This document shows positions 12,061 to 24,839 of a DNA stretch of 64,000 nucleotides, in pieces. The notes beneath the pieces were generated by a model. The model saw only the letters and a list, made by a program, of their open reading frames with translations. It did not search any database and was not told where the DNA came from. The stretch's first letter is position 1. The number at the start of each line of letters is the position of its first letter. The position numbers and the translations under genes were made by a program. The stretch comes from Obrimoposthia wandeli (taxonomy: Eukaryota): contig CDROCS010001432.1 of assembly GCA_977020255.1 (NCBI GenBank), positions 372,001 through 436,000 on the forward strand, read 5' to 3'.

Positions 12061-13949
12061 CCTTTGAACTCGTTCCCGCATATCTTCTTATGTTGTACTG
12101 CAATGTCATTCTAGTCTCTTTGGATATAGACTCGAGAATGTTCTTCTTTACTTGATTTTTCGTCACTACATTTATTTTGGCGTGGTCACCAGTTATCTTT
12201 TTATCGTAGACATAATTCAAAATAGTTAGATTCTACAATTACAATATATATTTACACATGTATACATGGCACTTTATAAACAAATCTTTTCGGTAGGATA
12301 TTTCTGATTACATAACTTATATATTGCAATGTATTTTTATGTAGAGTATGAAGATTAAGATTTGCAGAGTAAAGTCAAGTTTTGAAGAATCCAAAATAAA
12401 ATAGTTGAATTAGTTATGCAGTTCAGGTAGAATGATTCAGTTTAAATCATAAGAGGAAGGTAAATTGTCTTTATACATATTTAATTACGACATGGTACAA
12501 ATACATTTTTGTTTATTGTTTATTTCTACAGTATAACTTTTTATAATTACGTTTACGTACAGCTTACATTAGATACAATTACATGGTTACTATTTTTTAC
12601 AACACTTATTTTCTTTTTTAATCTAACATGGCTGTTGTGTGGTTGAATTTCGACGTGGCTTCGGTGGCAGTTTAGAATTTTACGCATTTTACGATGTTCC
12701 AGGATTATTATAGTCGTAAATATTGTTATTAGGAAACTTACTAGATACTGAGTACATTGAGAAACATCAGACATGTCATTAACTTTACCAACTTTGTTTT
12801 GTCTCCGAGATTTATCGGGTTTATTTACATCAATTATAATTTGGACTTATTTAGTGTTATCATCGATAGCTTGTTTTGGTGATTCCACCAATGGGATGGG
12901 GTTAAAATTGATAATCTTTTTTGTTCCTCGTTTAAAATCTAAATGTAATTGTTTCTCATGTGTACAGGTAAGGTTTATGGGTTTGTTTTCCTTAAACCAA
13001 TGATTCGTCTTAACAATTAGGGGTAGAGAGTAAAGTATTCCTATTTGGTATTGTAATATTAGTATGTCGATTTTTAAAGGTATATTAAATCGTTAATACT
13101 CACAATCCAATGTGGGTTGTTTCAATGTTGCTCTAGAATGAGGTTTTGGGTATACTTCTCCTTTTTTTGAGCATTTTATGATAACCGTTTCAGTGTGATC
13201 TAGTGTTAATTCAAAAGGAAAATATATGTCCTCCACAACTGGCTTTAGTTCACACGTTGAATGTTTCTCTGATTTGTATCTTATTTGTAGCAGATTTAAT
13301 ATTTTATTGTATAGAACTCTTAGCAAACTTGGTCTATGATTGTGTTTAATTTTCATAATCTTTGTAGTTTTCCAGTGACAGTCTGATTGCTTCAATTATT
13401 TTGTTTTTGTGTGTTAACATTTTTCTGAAAACTTTCACCAGGGTGGCTCTTACACTTCCTGCACCAAACAATCATTACATGTTCTGGTTCTATGTCAAGT
13501 ATGCTTGTTTGGAAATACATGTGTCCTTTTGATACTACATATATACTCAGACATAGCTCGTGAGTTTTGTGGAAACAGAGTTATTACCATCATCATGATT
13601 ATCACTTCAGTTACTTTAAATTAACTATGTAATATTGTTTATTCGGGAAAATAGGGTTGGTTCCCTGTGTTGTAATATAACATAAACTGGTATATTGGTG
13701 CAGATTTATCCAAAATCAATGGTGGGATAAGTAACGGTTGTATTCGAATGGTTTATGCTTCCATTTGCGTTTACTGTTATTTTGAAGTTTATATTTCTTC
13801 TTATTTCTATTCCAAACACAACACATTATTATGAAAATACTTAGTAGTATAGTGGCTGTCACTGTAGTGATCTTTTGATGAGTTATGTGTTAATTCTTGA
13901 TTACCAATTGTTTAGGTTTAATTATTGATGCGTGAGAGCGGGATAGAGA

Positions 13950-16100
13950 GCGTGTCAGTAAATATATTCCTTTTTTTAAATGAATTGCAGTATCATGGAA
14001 TAGATTTTCCTGTGTGATTAACTGCGATATCAAGATTTTAACACCTTAATAACTTGAGAATTAATGTATTCAAATATAATACTGATATCCCAGTTAATGT
14101 ATCAGATGAATAATTTTTTAAAAATCCTTTTGTAGATGTAATATATAGGAGCAAAAGTGAGGGGACTCTGGTCAACTTTATTTTGCTCGAACATAATAAG
14201 AAATTCCATTATGCTGCAATTCCCAATTTAGATCGTCTTCTAAATTTATATAATGGAGCCTTACCAGTTAGGATAAGGTGTAAGTGGTGTCATAGATGTT
14301 TGCATGGATTCCGATCCGAGCTCTCTTACAGCAAACATCTGACATTATGTACACTGAATCCTGATGATAATACGCTATATAGCATGCCTAAGGATAAGGA
14401 TTTAAAATTCAGGGATTGGGCAAAATGTTTACCCGTGGAATTCAGGGTGTATGCGGATTTTGAGTCAATTCTAACATTTCACGACCAGTATGAGAGTATT
14501 CATAGCCGTCACTCCCTAAATAACCACGCATTCCCATGGTGTTTCATAATCTCAAATGATATAATTTGCATCATATACTTAAATACGTGTTGGGTACATA
14601 GGGATGTTGGGAAATTTCATGTATACCTCAAACTTCAGAGAAATATTTATCTTTAACTGTATATACTGAATTCTGCAGTTTAAGATTTAAAGATTCTCTG
14701 CAGTTTTTGAGTGGTTCTTTGAAAATATTTAACGGCATCTTTAAATGCATGGCCAATTACACAGTCAGTGTTCCCAGCTTTGGTTAATGATAAAGGGATT
14801 TTTCCGTATAAATTTGCAAAAACCATCGAAGATTTAGAAAATACCACAGAAATACCACCCATAACTGAATTTGAAAGTGTAAGTCTTTAAGACTATAATG
14901 ATGCCGTACATTTTGGGAGAATAATTGTCGAAATCTTCTAGATTATATGCTTTATTATATGAAGTTAAACATTTATCTTTTAGCTGATGTATTTGAGTCC
15001 TTTCGTGTAAAATCTTTAGCAGAAGATGGGCTAGATCCCATACATTTCTTTAGTTTACCTGATTTTTCATGGGAAATGGCAATAAAAACTCTTAATATTA
15101 ATATCGTGTTACAGCAAGATCCTGTGTTGTATCAAATGTATGATTATGGTATACGCGGTGGAATGACTTTTGTAAACAAACATCATGTTGTCAAAAATCA
15201 ATCCACGGAGATTCTGTACATCGACATTAATCATTTTTATGGGTGAGCGCTTACTCAACTTCTACATCATGCAAACTTTAAGTGGGTTTATGAAGAGGAA
15301 GATTTGAAAAGGTTGATGACATATTTGGCTACTGATGATACAGTTTCATCAAACGTCGGCTATTTGGTTGATGTTAACTTAAAAATCCCTCTTAATGTGC
15401 ATGATAAATTAGATGATATTCCAGTAGCCCCTGTTCATCAATATCCACCTATTTCAAAGGCTAAGAAATTATTGTTTACACATGAAGAAGACAAGTTGAA
15501 CTATGTGGTGCATTGGCGGCTTCTTCAATTCTACTTAAATTTAAGAGTGAAAGTCACTCGAATTCATCGTGCTATAAGCTTCAGTCAAAACTTTGTGTTT
15601 AAAGACTACATTGAGAAGAATTCCAGAAAACGTAATTTGGCCACTAGCAAATTCGAGCGGGATTTTAACAAGTTAGAAAGTAATAGTCTCTTTGGAAAAA
15701 TTGTAGAGGACTTGCGGAAACGTATTTGTCTACGGTTTTGCAATGAAGCGCGTAAACTAATAACATATACTAGCAAGTACAACTTCAAGCGTAGTTTTAC
15801 AATTGCAGATGACTTGGTAGCAGTGCTATTAGGAAAACAGAGTATTTGTCTCGATCGACCGAGTTATATAGGTCAAACGGTTTTAGACATTTCTAAACTC
15901 AGAATGTACGAGCTTCAATACATAGAATTAGAGAAATATCGACAAGAATTCGATTGTATGATCAAAATCGCAGCTGGGAACACTGACTCTTTCTTTTTAT
16001 AATGTAAAAATGTTAGTTTAGATAATCAATTATTACCGGTATTGTTTAGGGATAACTTATTTGATATCCATAAATATCCCGTTAACCATCCTCTACACTT
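13950..16100 (+). pseudogene. Protein-primed family B DNA polymerase (pPolB), fragmented
   Basis: RVYADFES, LLADVFESFR, GIRGGMTF, YIDINHFYG (DxNxLYG), KLESNSLFGK (KxxxNSxYGK) and AAGNTDSF (DTDS) motifs. Frameshifts, an internal deletion near 14495 and the C-terminus missing. Confidence 0.92.
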
Positions 16101-16354
16101 TTAATTTTTTGATTTTTTTAGTTTAGTTTTTTTAATTTTACATCCCTATAACTTTTTGACTCTAACTTTTTGTTATTTCAATACTTATTTAGGTTGGGCC
16201 TTATCTTTACCGACAGATCTCGTTGTGATATTGTGTTTAATAAATGTATTAAAAAAATTCGTCTTATGTCTTTTATTATTTTACCCATATATTTTAATTT
16301 TGTAGGGTTTTAAAAAAAATCAAAATAAAACATGTTTTTAAAAAATATTAATTT

Positions 16355-16740
16355 TTATAACACATTAATCGTTTTACAACGATAACCATAAAATTCATAA
16401 ATGTCCACAGTTTCTCGTCGCAGGATCCTGATATTGTATCTTTTAGTAAAATACTCTTCTTCGTCCTTTTTGAATAGTCGAAACCAGTTTGTGAGGATAA
16501 TACATTGCAAGTGGATCAAATACATGTATTGTCCACTCTCTAACATAAATAGCTATCCAATGTTCTCCTGGTAAATTTGAAGTATGAGTATTGATAATCT
16601 AACCTCCAGGTTGAAAAAATGGAATCATATCAATAGGATAAACTCCATTGAATTTATCACCCAGGACATTCTTTGCTGATTCTTGTACTTGTACTGAACT
16701 AAATAAAAATTAATAAATATAAATTTTAAAAATGTCTCAC
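16355..16740 (-). pseudogene. Adenain-like cysteine protease with short intron
   Basis: YIINTHTSNLPGEHWIAIY on the minus strand; homologous to 42470-42850. Confidence 0.8.
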
Positions 16741-16769
16741 CTTATTCTATAATATGACAGTTCTGTTTT

Positions 16770-17945
16770 AATTGATTTGTATTTCCGAATCAAATACTCC
16801 GTAAATAAGCATCGTAGTAGGATGTGTTAAAGCGGCATTGAACTTAATTTCTAGTCGTAAATTTCCATCCTTTGGTAGTTGGCATTGGTTTATATCAAAG
16901 TCTGGTGCCAAAACAAATGTGAAGAATGGACAGCTGCTTTTAAACTCAGTGAAAGAAATACCATTGTTTATATTTTTATTTAGTTGACCCTAATTCCGAA
17001 TAATAGATTGCGTATAAGCCAAAGCATAAGCGTTACCTTCGAAATCTGTTTAATATCTTTCACGACAATCAGTATTTCTTGAAAGTGTCACTGAACCTAC
17101 ATTAAGATTGTCAAATTGAGTTACATCTGTCATATAATTTCCTAGAAACTTTGCAGTTTTTCGAAAAGAAATTAAAACGTATTTCAGTAATCTTACATCA
17201 CCAAAATTTTGATCCTTATTAAAAGCTTGTGTACCCTTACTTAAAGAGTAGGTTATAAGTTTAGTTTCTCTAATAGGATAACAAGCATTGTTTTTTTCAA
17301 TTCCTATATTATGTACCATTAAAACTGATTACTCGGTTTAACTCTTCAGACATATAATTTTGCATCCAAAATATCAAGTTTAGGATTTAGAACGTCTGTG
17401 CTTATCAAAGAAAAATTCCATTTATTACGTTTTAAACGAAGATGTACATTAACACCGGGAATTAAATATTTCAGTTGTTCAAAGAAATTCAATCTCAATT
17501 AAATCTATTCTTTGCGAGTTGCAACCGTTTTATCATAACCAATGGTTGCCAAATTAGTATTTTGAGTATCAGTACTTTAATTCAAAAGACTTTCAATCAA
17601 AGCTTTATGAGCATAGGAAGAATTTCCACCTTCAATTTTGACTATATTAAGAGTAACAATGGCATCACTAAATAAAGAATTAAAGAGATAATTTACAGGT
17701 GTTATATCTGCATTTTCATCTAAATTAGTACCATCCCGATTTAATACTTTTATTTGAACATAAAGCAAAGTATCATTCAAATCTAAATACTCGCTATTGG
17801 AACCATTAATATTAAATTCTAAATCGGTTAAAGTGGTTCTTGAAACTGAGTTAACTGAAAATATTTATTCAAAGGAAGCATTATCTACAACTACTTGTGC
17901 AAGTGGTTTATCAAAAATACACAATTCGGTTTTGGCGCAACTCAT
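16770..17945 (-). pseudogene. Major capsid protein (double jelly-roll, Polinton PY/hexon-like)
   Basis: MSCAKTELCIFDKPL...YLDLNDTLLYVQIKV; homologous to 41240-42447, frameshifted. Confidence 0.85.
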
Positions 17946-18807
17946 TTTGCAAAAATTGTTCCTTCAACTTTCTTACGTTTGTTTATATTATTTTTTGCTT
18001 CTTTTTACGTTTAAATCTACTACCTCCTTGGCTTTAATTTGATTTATCTTTTCTAATTTAATTAACAAAGTTTGGGTAAAACATTATCAAGTTTATCAAG
18101 TGCATGCTTTTTAAAAGTTGGTATTAGTTTATTGTCATTAGATCTTTTTGCTAATTTTGAAACTCCTGTGTAGCCAATCGGATCTTTTGGATTGAACCAT
18201 ATCTTCTCCATTACAACAATTTGAATATATAGAAAATTTAAATTTATGTAAAGAAGGGTTAGCACCCATATCTTTAACTGATTTTAAAATTAATTGTTTA
18301 TGTACGTGTCGCAGCTATAATACTACTGATAATTGAAGCAACAACTGCAATAACAGCCCCTATGAAACTACCAATATGTTTAAGAATAATATTTCGTTTC
18401 CTTTTTTTACTTTTTACATTTGCCAATATTTAGAAGAGTTTTTCTATATTTTTTAATACATTTTCCGTTTTTCAACTTTTACTCGACCCAAAACTATATT
18501 ATACAAAACTTCCAATAAATCATATACAACAAAATATGGAAATGCTTTAAGAATACTCATTCTCTTATGAGAAGAGGCTTTGACCAAAGCTTTAAAATAA
18601 AGTAGGCGTCTTTGTATTTTCTTCATTTAATAAAAAGTTCAATTTTAATATTGTTTATATTCGAAGCCATTTAAGTTTTCATTTATTTCTAACTACAGAT
18701 TTGATTAATTTATTCACTTCTTTTTTCTTAAAGATTCTTTTTTTAATTTCTTAGACTTTACTTTACGTTTACGTTTCACTATGAACTTCTTAAAAGGCAT
18801 TGCAAAT

Positions 18808-19455
18808 TTACTTTTTATAATTGTTCTCTATTTGTTTATAAACAGTTACTCCCTTAGAATTAAATATGTCGGTTAAAACACGTAAATCATTTGTGCAAGC
18901 TTGTGTAAATTCAATAAATATATACCCATGTGATTGTTTAGCAGCACCATGGAATGAATCAACTAGAAAGTTCTTATTTTGGGGAAATGCCTGTCTGGCT
19001 ACGAAATCTGCAACTGTTTGATCTCTAGGATGTTTAAATAAAACTAAGTAATGTACATTAAGATTTCTTGTTCTATGATGGCCTCCTAGTTGAAAAAGAT
19101 TTGGAGTGATAAATATAACTGTTACTTCACGATGTCTTGCAATCTTTGTAAATAAATTATTAAAGTCCGATTCCTTGTTAGCTTCCTGATACAAATCATC
19201 AATTATTATTACATCTTCTTTTATCAATCTTTCACACCAACTTGCATCAAATCCTTCAATAAATTGTATTCCCTTCAACTTGCAAACTTCTGTTTTGGTT
19301 AATCCGCTTTCCCCTCCTCCACCATGATGCCAATAAATGTTTTGGAAACTAGATTTGTAAATAAATTCACATTGCAACAATTTTCTTACGAAATGTGTCT
19401 TTCCACTTCTAATGGGACCAATTATTTGAAATACAGCATTATTATTTAGCTCCAT
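18808..19455 (-). CDS. A32/FtsK-like packaging ATPase
   Basis: Walker A GPIRSGKT, Walker B IIIDDL, KIARH and ITPN motifs; open reading frame of 215 aa. Confidence 0.9.
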   Translation of the reverse strand: MELNNNAVFQIIGPIRSGKTHFVRKLLQCEFIYKSSFQNIYWHHGGGGESGLTKTEVCKLKGIQFIEGFDASWCERLIKEDVIIIDDLYQEANKESDFNNLFTKIARHREVTVIFITPNLFQLGGHHRTRNLNVHYLVLFKHPRDQTVADFVARQAFPQNKNFLVDSFHGAAKQSHGYIFIEFTQACTNDLRVLTDIFNSKGVTVYKQIENNYKK

Positions 19456-19491
19456 TGCATATACTCTTTCATTTTAATATTGTTTATATTA

Positions 19492-20321
19492 TCATAGAAA
19501 TTTTCTTATTGAAATTTATAATGTTAGAGCTATTGTAGATGAAATACAAAAATTAATTAATGAAGATTTGAATTAATGAAGATTTGAATATAATTTTATT
19601 TATTTGTGTTCAATTTCTAAATTCTCGAATAACGTGTGATCTAACCAATATATCAGTATTATCTCTTGTTATATCATTATTTTTTAATTTTGATAAAATT
19701 TGTTTACCCCTAATTTTTCCAGAAAATATTTCGTCGACAAGACGATCCACTTCATTGTCTGTATTTATAGTATTATTCATCTGAAACAATAGTTTTAAAC
19801 GGGTTTGTTTATAGAAAAAAGATAACAAGATGCGATAAGATATATTTTCTAAAATCAAATCAACAATGTCTGGATAATCAAAATTTTTCAATCCCAATTT
19901 CATAACTTTATCATTGAAATATATATTTACACATAACGGTTTAAACTTCAAATAACTGAGAGCAGGAAAAATTTCCGGTTCATACATGCATTCTTCTTTT
20001 ATTTTTTCTGCAATTTTAAAAAGATTTATCTGTTTTCCAAGATTAGCTGAAATCGTGATTGATTGTATTGCAGTGATTAGAATTCCAAATTGTAATTCGA
20101 ACTCAAGCACAGGTATTTTGCATCCTATAACACGATAATTTCCTAAAAGAATTCAATATGAAAATAAAATAAAATAAAATAAAAAACTAACCTGAGGGGA
20201 AAATAACAACTCTGAAATTGTCAAACCTTTTCACATATTGTCTCGGCTTCCATTCATTGAATGATAAGTACGAAACATCATCTTCTATTATACCTTTATT
20301 ATTTATATTTACGAGTTTCAT
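19492..20321 (-). pseudogene. Most complete TBP-like gene: exon 1 20321-20192, 49-bp intron, exon 2 reading through into a helical C-terminal domain
   Basis: Repeat 1 VVIFPSGNYRVIGCK; repeat 2 IQSITISANLGKQINL...MYEPEIFPALSY...VNIYFNDKVMKLGLK versus TBP YEPELFPGLIY...LIFVSGKVVLTGAK. Late stop and small duplication near 19560-19610. Confidence 0.8.
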
Positions 20322-20989
20322 TAGATTAAAATTGTATTCTGTAAATTCTTCTTTATATATGCCTGAACCTGCTTTTTATTGTACATTTCTTGTAATTATC
20401 TTGCAAACCTATTATAATTGGATGATATATTTCTTCCAATCAATTTTGATTTTAATATGTATTTAGTTCAATCAAACTCAATGCTTTAGCTATATTAACC
20501 AATGAGTTTCATGTCTTTGTTACAAATTAGTATAAAAGAATGCGCCATTGGAGGACAAAGACAATTATCAATGATAGACGATAGCCAAAAGATTTTAAGC
20601 GGCGATGAAGATTTAAAAATGTTTGAAGAATCTGGGGCTCCTATTGCCTTGAGTTAGTATGCGCGATTTCAAAACTTTTTGCAGTTAAAAGGTAGAAATT
20701 TGAGTCATTTTGAGTCATTTTAAGCCACTTTACACAATTTTTAGACATTTTAACGACATTCTGTCTAAAAAATGACAGTATGCAGAATTTTTAGGCACTA
20801 TAGTGTTGGTACTAACTCAAAGGAACAAGCCCCCCGGCTATAACCTACTGTGAACCCTCAAGGGTCCAAACCTTCAACATTTTTATTTTACTACTTTTTA
20901 AAGTTATATAATAGTGTTGATCTGACTTTGATTAGACCTTCGAGGGTGGACCTTCAAGGGTCAAAAACCTTCAAAAATCTATCAAAATC

Positions 20990-21425
20990 TATCAAAATAT
21001 ATCAAATTGGGTGAACATATCAATAAATTCTCTAGAATCCCCTAAATATCATAGATTTCCAGAAAATATCAATTATTTATCTTATAGAACCACTTAAATA
21101 TCATAGATTTGTTGAAGTTATCTTTAATTTATCTTATAGAACCAGTTAAATATCATTGATTTCCTGGAGATATCATACATTTATCTTCTAGAATCTGCTA
21201 AATATCACGAATTTTCTGAACACATCATAAGTGTTTCTTCTTGAACCATCTAAATATCAATAATTTCCTAGATATTTAATTAATTCTATCGCTAGAACAA
21301 TTTAAATATCATAACATTCCCTGAACATATCATTACTTTCTCTTCTAGAATCACCTAAATATTGCAAATTTGCTAGAAATATCATTTATGTTTCTTCTAG
21401 AAATACCTAAATATCACTAATTTCT
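20990..21425. repeat. Degenerate 52-bp tandem repeat, about 8 units, with 26-bp sub-periodicity
   Basis: TAGAA/TTGAA anchors at 21033, 21085, 21137, 21189, 21241, 21293, 21346 and 21398. AATATCA-like motifs recur about twice per unit. Confidence 0.85.
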
Positions 21426-22119
21426 GTGACCTCTTGTAAACAAAATGATAAAAGCAGTCTTCTTAGTATAATAAAGTCTTCCAATATTATTTTCTAAGAT
21501 TGTTAAGTATATCATGTAATTCATTCAGGATACTTTCATTTACTTTCATCTAATTGATCTGGGTGAATTTCTATTGGCATTATCAAAATATATTCACCTT
21601 CAAAGTTAATAATAATGTTGATCGATAAATATCCTTCACCTGCGAATTATTCAATCATCACATTGGGAACAATTCCATAGTAGATCCTTCTGTAAGGATA
21701 TGAAAGCGCGCGCAATCCTATGATAATATCTTACTTGGAGAATATATTGATAAGTTCAGTCATTGTTGTAAGCACATCTGAATCCAATAAAGCCACATAA
21801 AGAGATTCATACTTTCTCCACCATATTGATCACATTTTTTTTTCTGCCGCTTTTCTGCCGCTGGATGGATTTATGCTGCAGTATTCAGGTAAGCTTTTAT
21901 TTATTTTTTTATTCTGTTGCTGTGACAATCTTGATTAAGTTTTATTTTTATTGATTTAATTTCAATTTATGATTGACAAACGCAATAGAAGAACAAATGT
22001 CTATTGATTGTTGTCCTTCGATTGTGTTTTTCAAACATTATTTGAATAATCGTCAATCTATATTTGATCAATAATCCTTTTAGATGATGTGATGTGATTG
22101 GAAGTCTGTCTTTCATGGC

Positions 22120-22473
22120 ATGAGCTAATAGTGAGCACATGGGCTCATGAATCTTGATAGCATGCTAACCTTATGATAACCTTGGGCTCATGGTGTGCAC
22201 ATGAGCTCATGATCTTATAATAACCTTGGGCTCATGGTGAGCACATGGGCTAAAGCGATGAGTAAAATAAAACAAAGGACATGAGTCATAACCTTGAAAT
22301 GATCTTGAAAATTAGGTATACTGGAGAGAGATTTTACCTACATCACATGACCTTGGCCTAATGTGACGTTGACCTTGAAAAATCAGGTGTACTCGGGAGA
22401 TATTTTACTTTAACATGACCTCATATGACCTCTGGGGAGGGGGGGTGGATTAGACTGGACACATCCTTCTACT
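22120..22473 (-). repeat. Terminus of a related Polinton-like element with subterminal repeats
   Basis: The reverse complement begins agtagaaggatgtgtccagtctaatccacc...ctccccc, matching 35643. Inward are repeated catgagctc, gataaccttgggctcatggtg and tgacct motifs not found in copies A or B. Confidence 0.65.
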
Positions 22474-24558
22474 TTGATGATGTTATTTATTATTCCATTA
22501 TCTAAATATACTGGAATATTCATTGATGGTTTTAAAAGTTCTTGTATTTCCTTTGTCTTGAATCCATTCGGAATATCTACAGGATATTTACTCTTGTTTG
22601 GATATTTCCATATCGATATTGATGTAGAGATCATTAACAGCGTTGTGGAGAATGTATACATAAGTGGTAAGGTAGGTGTGTATATTTGTGTTGTGGGTGT
22701 TTGGGATTTGTTTGTGGATTGTGTTCCGCTGGATACGTTGATCAAGTTATATAGTGTAAAGATACACATTAAGTTGTTGCATATAATCCTATGATTGCGT
22801 GTGAATTGTTACTCATAGTTTGTTTTTATCTGTCCTTCTGCAAAAAGACGAGTTATGTACTGAAATAAGTTGTTATCTCTACTTTAATCCTATTTTGTTT
22901 AACATAATATTTTGCTCCGTCCATTGAGAAGTTATTTTAATCAATTAATAAAGTCATACAAACCATAAGTTCCATCATACAATTTCCTTTCCTTATGTTG
23001 GGCTTAATTTAATTATAAAAAGAAAATCCAAAAATTGTAATATAATTTTATTACATACAAAAAATCAGGGGGCCAACAATTTTGAGAGTTCTAAAATAAA
23101 AATTTTAATATTTTAATACATAACACATTTTAAAATAAAAATATAAAAAATAAAAATAATGACCTGTAGAATTATTCGTAGGAGGCCAGTCACGATGTCC
23201 AGTAAAATTATTGTGTTTTATTTCCAAAAACCCAGGTTTTTAATATCCCTTTGGCTCTCATGCAATGCCTGGGTCTTCCTGTCGGGACTTTAGATTTAGA
23301 TGAATTACTCTAAATTGAGTTTGGTCATATAGATAATTTGCCCACTAAGGTTTCATCGGGTAACCCGTTAGTAGGCGTGTCTGCCTGTTAGTATTGTAAA
23401 GTTTTATGTACTTTCTTATACTATAGGACTTTTTTACCCAAAGGTGTGATTTTGACGATATTACATTTTTGTGGTTCTTTCTTAATATGAAAGTTGAACA
23501 CTTTCGAGCATACATGAAACAAATCGATATTTCATTACTAATTTATGTGTAGTTCAGATTTTGAGCTAAGGTCTTTCTTTAAAAAGTTATTCGTAAAAAG
23601 TTGAATTCTACATAAAATTAATTAATATTTTAAAACTATTATTCTTTATTGTAGGTCACTTAACATTTTATTACGTTTTTTGGTATAAACTGTATGCATA
23701 ACTTAAGCAATTGTTATTTATTTGGTTTATATATTTTAAGGAAAGTCATTTAAGTATTTTTTATTTTAATGTTCTTTTAAATTTAACTCTAACACTTACT
23801 TTGTTATTATTATTTAGTTCGTTTCTAATTAAGACATTCAACTTTTGTAGGTGTTCTCTAATTTTGGATAACTGTCTTTAGGATGAATGAACAATCTCTT
23901 GTTTATGTGTTTTTAGATTTATTAATTCAATCATGTATAAATCACGTCAATTGTTACAGAGATATCATAGAATTTAAGTTCAATTGCATTTGTATCTCTC
24001 ACATGACATATTTATACGTTAGTTAACATTTCTGATGTTTTAATTTGGTAGATTGTAAGAAATTATTTTTCATCGATTCTTCCGGAATAACACACAATCT
24101 ACACTTATCTTGTTCGATTTGATACTTTAAAAATCTGTCCCAGAAAATTCAGGCTTGGTTAACTATACTTTCACGTTTTTGTAAGTGTTTTAACATCTTT
24201 CTGATTTACTAAATAAAAATAATTAAAAATCTGTCCCGGGAAATTCTGGCTTGGGTTCACATCTGGTGATAGTTGTAATAATACCTTTGTAACAATGTAT
24301 AAAACATTTTATTTGTTCTTTATTTCTTTTTATTGCTATATATGTTCTATCAAAATGTATCTTCATAACCTCAATTTCATTGTCTTTCATATTAATTGTT
24401 GTATAGTTTAATTCCCTTTAATCAAGTTCATGTGACTATATTACATTTATAACGTGTGTTACTCCTAGGTTTGATAACTTTAATTCGTTTATAGTGCCTT
24501 CTATATTACCTAAATATAATTGATTTTCCAGAATTTCTGATAACTGTGGTTCCTCTAT

Positions 24559-24839
24559 GTTATCAGTTTCTACCTCGAATTCTATCATAGGTTTAATAGT
24601 TAACTTTTTAAGTGTATTTCTATTTAACTAATCATTTTTATGGATTGGTGGAATTATTTAAAACTTAATTACTTCCTCCTTGTGGTAGGTTATTTTATCA
24701 GTTATCAGTTTCTACCTCGAATTCTATCATAGGTTTAATGGTTAACTTTTTAGGTGTATTTCTATTTAACTAATCATTTTTATGGATTGGTGGAATTATT
24801 TTAAACTTAATTACTTCCTCCTTGTGGTAGGTTATTTTG
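24559..24839. repeat. Tandem duplication, period 142 bp
   Basis: gttatcagtttctacctcgaattc...ggtaggttatttt at 24559 and 24701. Confidence 0.9.

Larger units (their letters stand above)
13930..20636 (-). mobile_element. Polinton copy C (reverse orientation relative to B); integrase, penton and part of the core gene deleted
   Basis: Contains polB(+), adenain(-), MCP(-), ATPase(-) and TBP-like(-), colinear with copies B and D. Confidence 0.9.

Noticed and set aside
12300-13900. Possible LINE or env remnant on the minus strand
   Set aside because: A-rich and coding-like, but no diagnostic motif was found in any frame.
20990-21425. CRISPR-like array
   Set aside because: Eukaryotic context, no cas genes, and the units are degenerate along their whole length rather than constant repeats with unique spacers.
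7647-22473. One intact 14.8-kb Polinton bounded by TIRs at 7647 and 22473
   Set aside because: The flanks differ (AACGAG versus TTGATG, no TSD), the inverted match is only about 42 nt, and the interior holds two oppositely oriented partial copies plus unrelated DNA.
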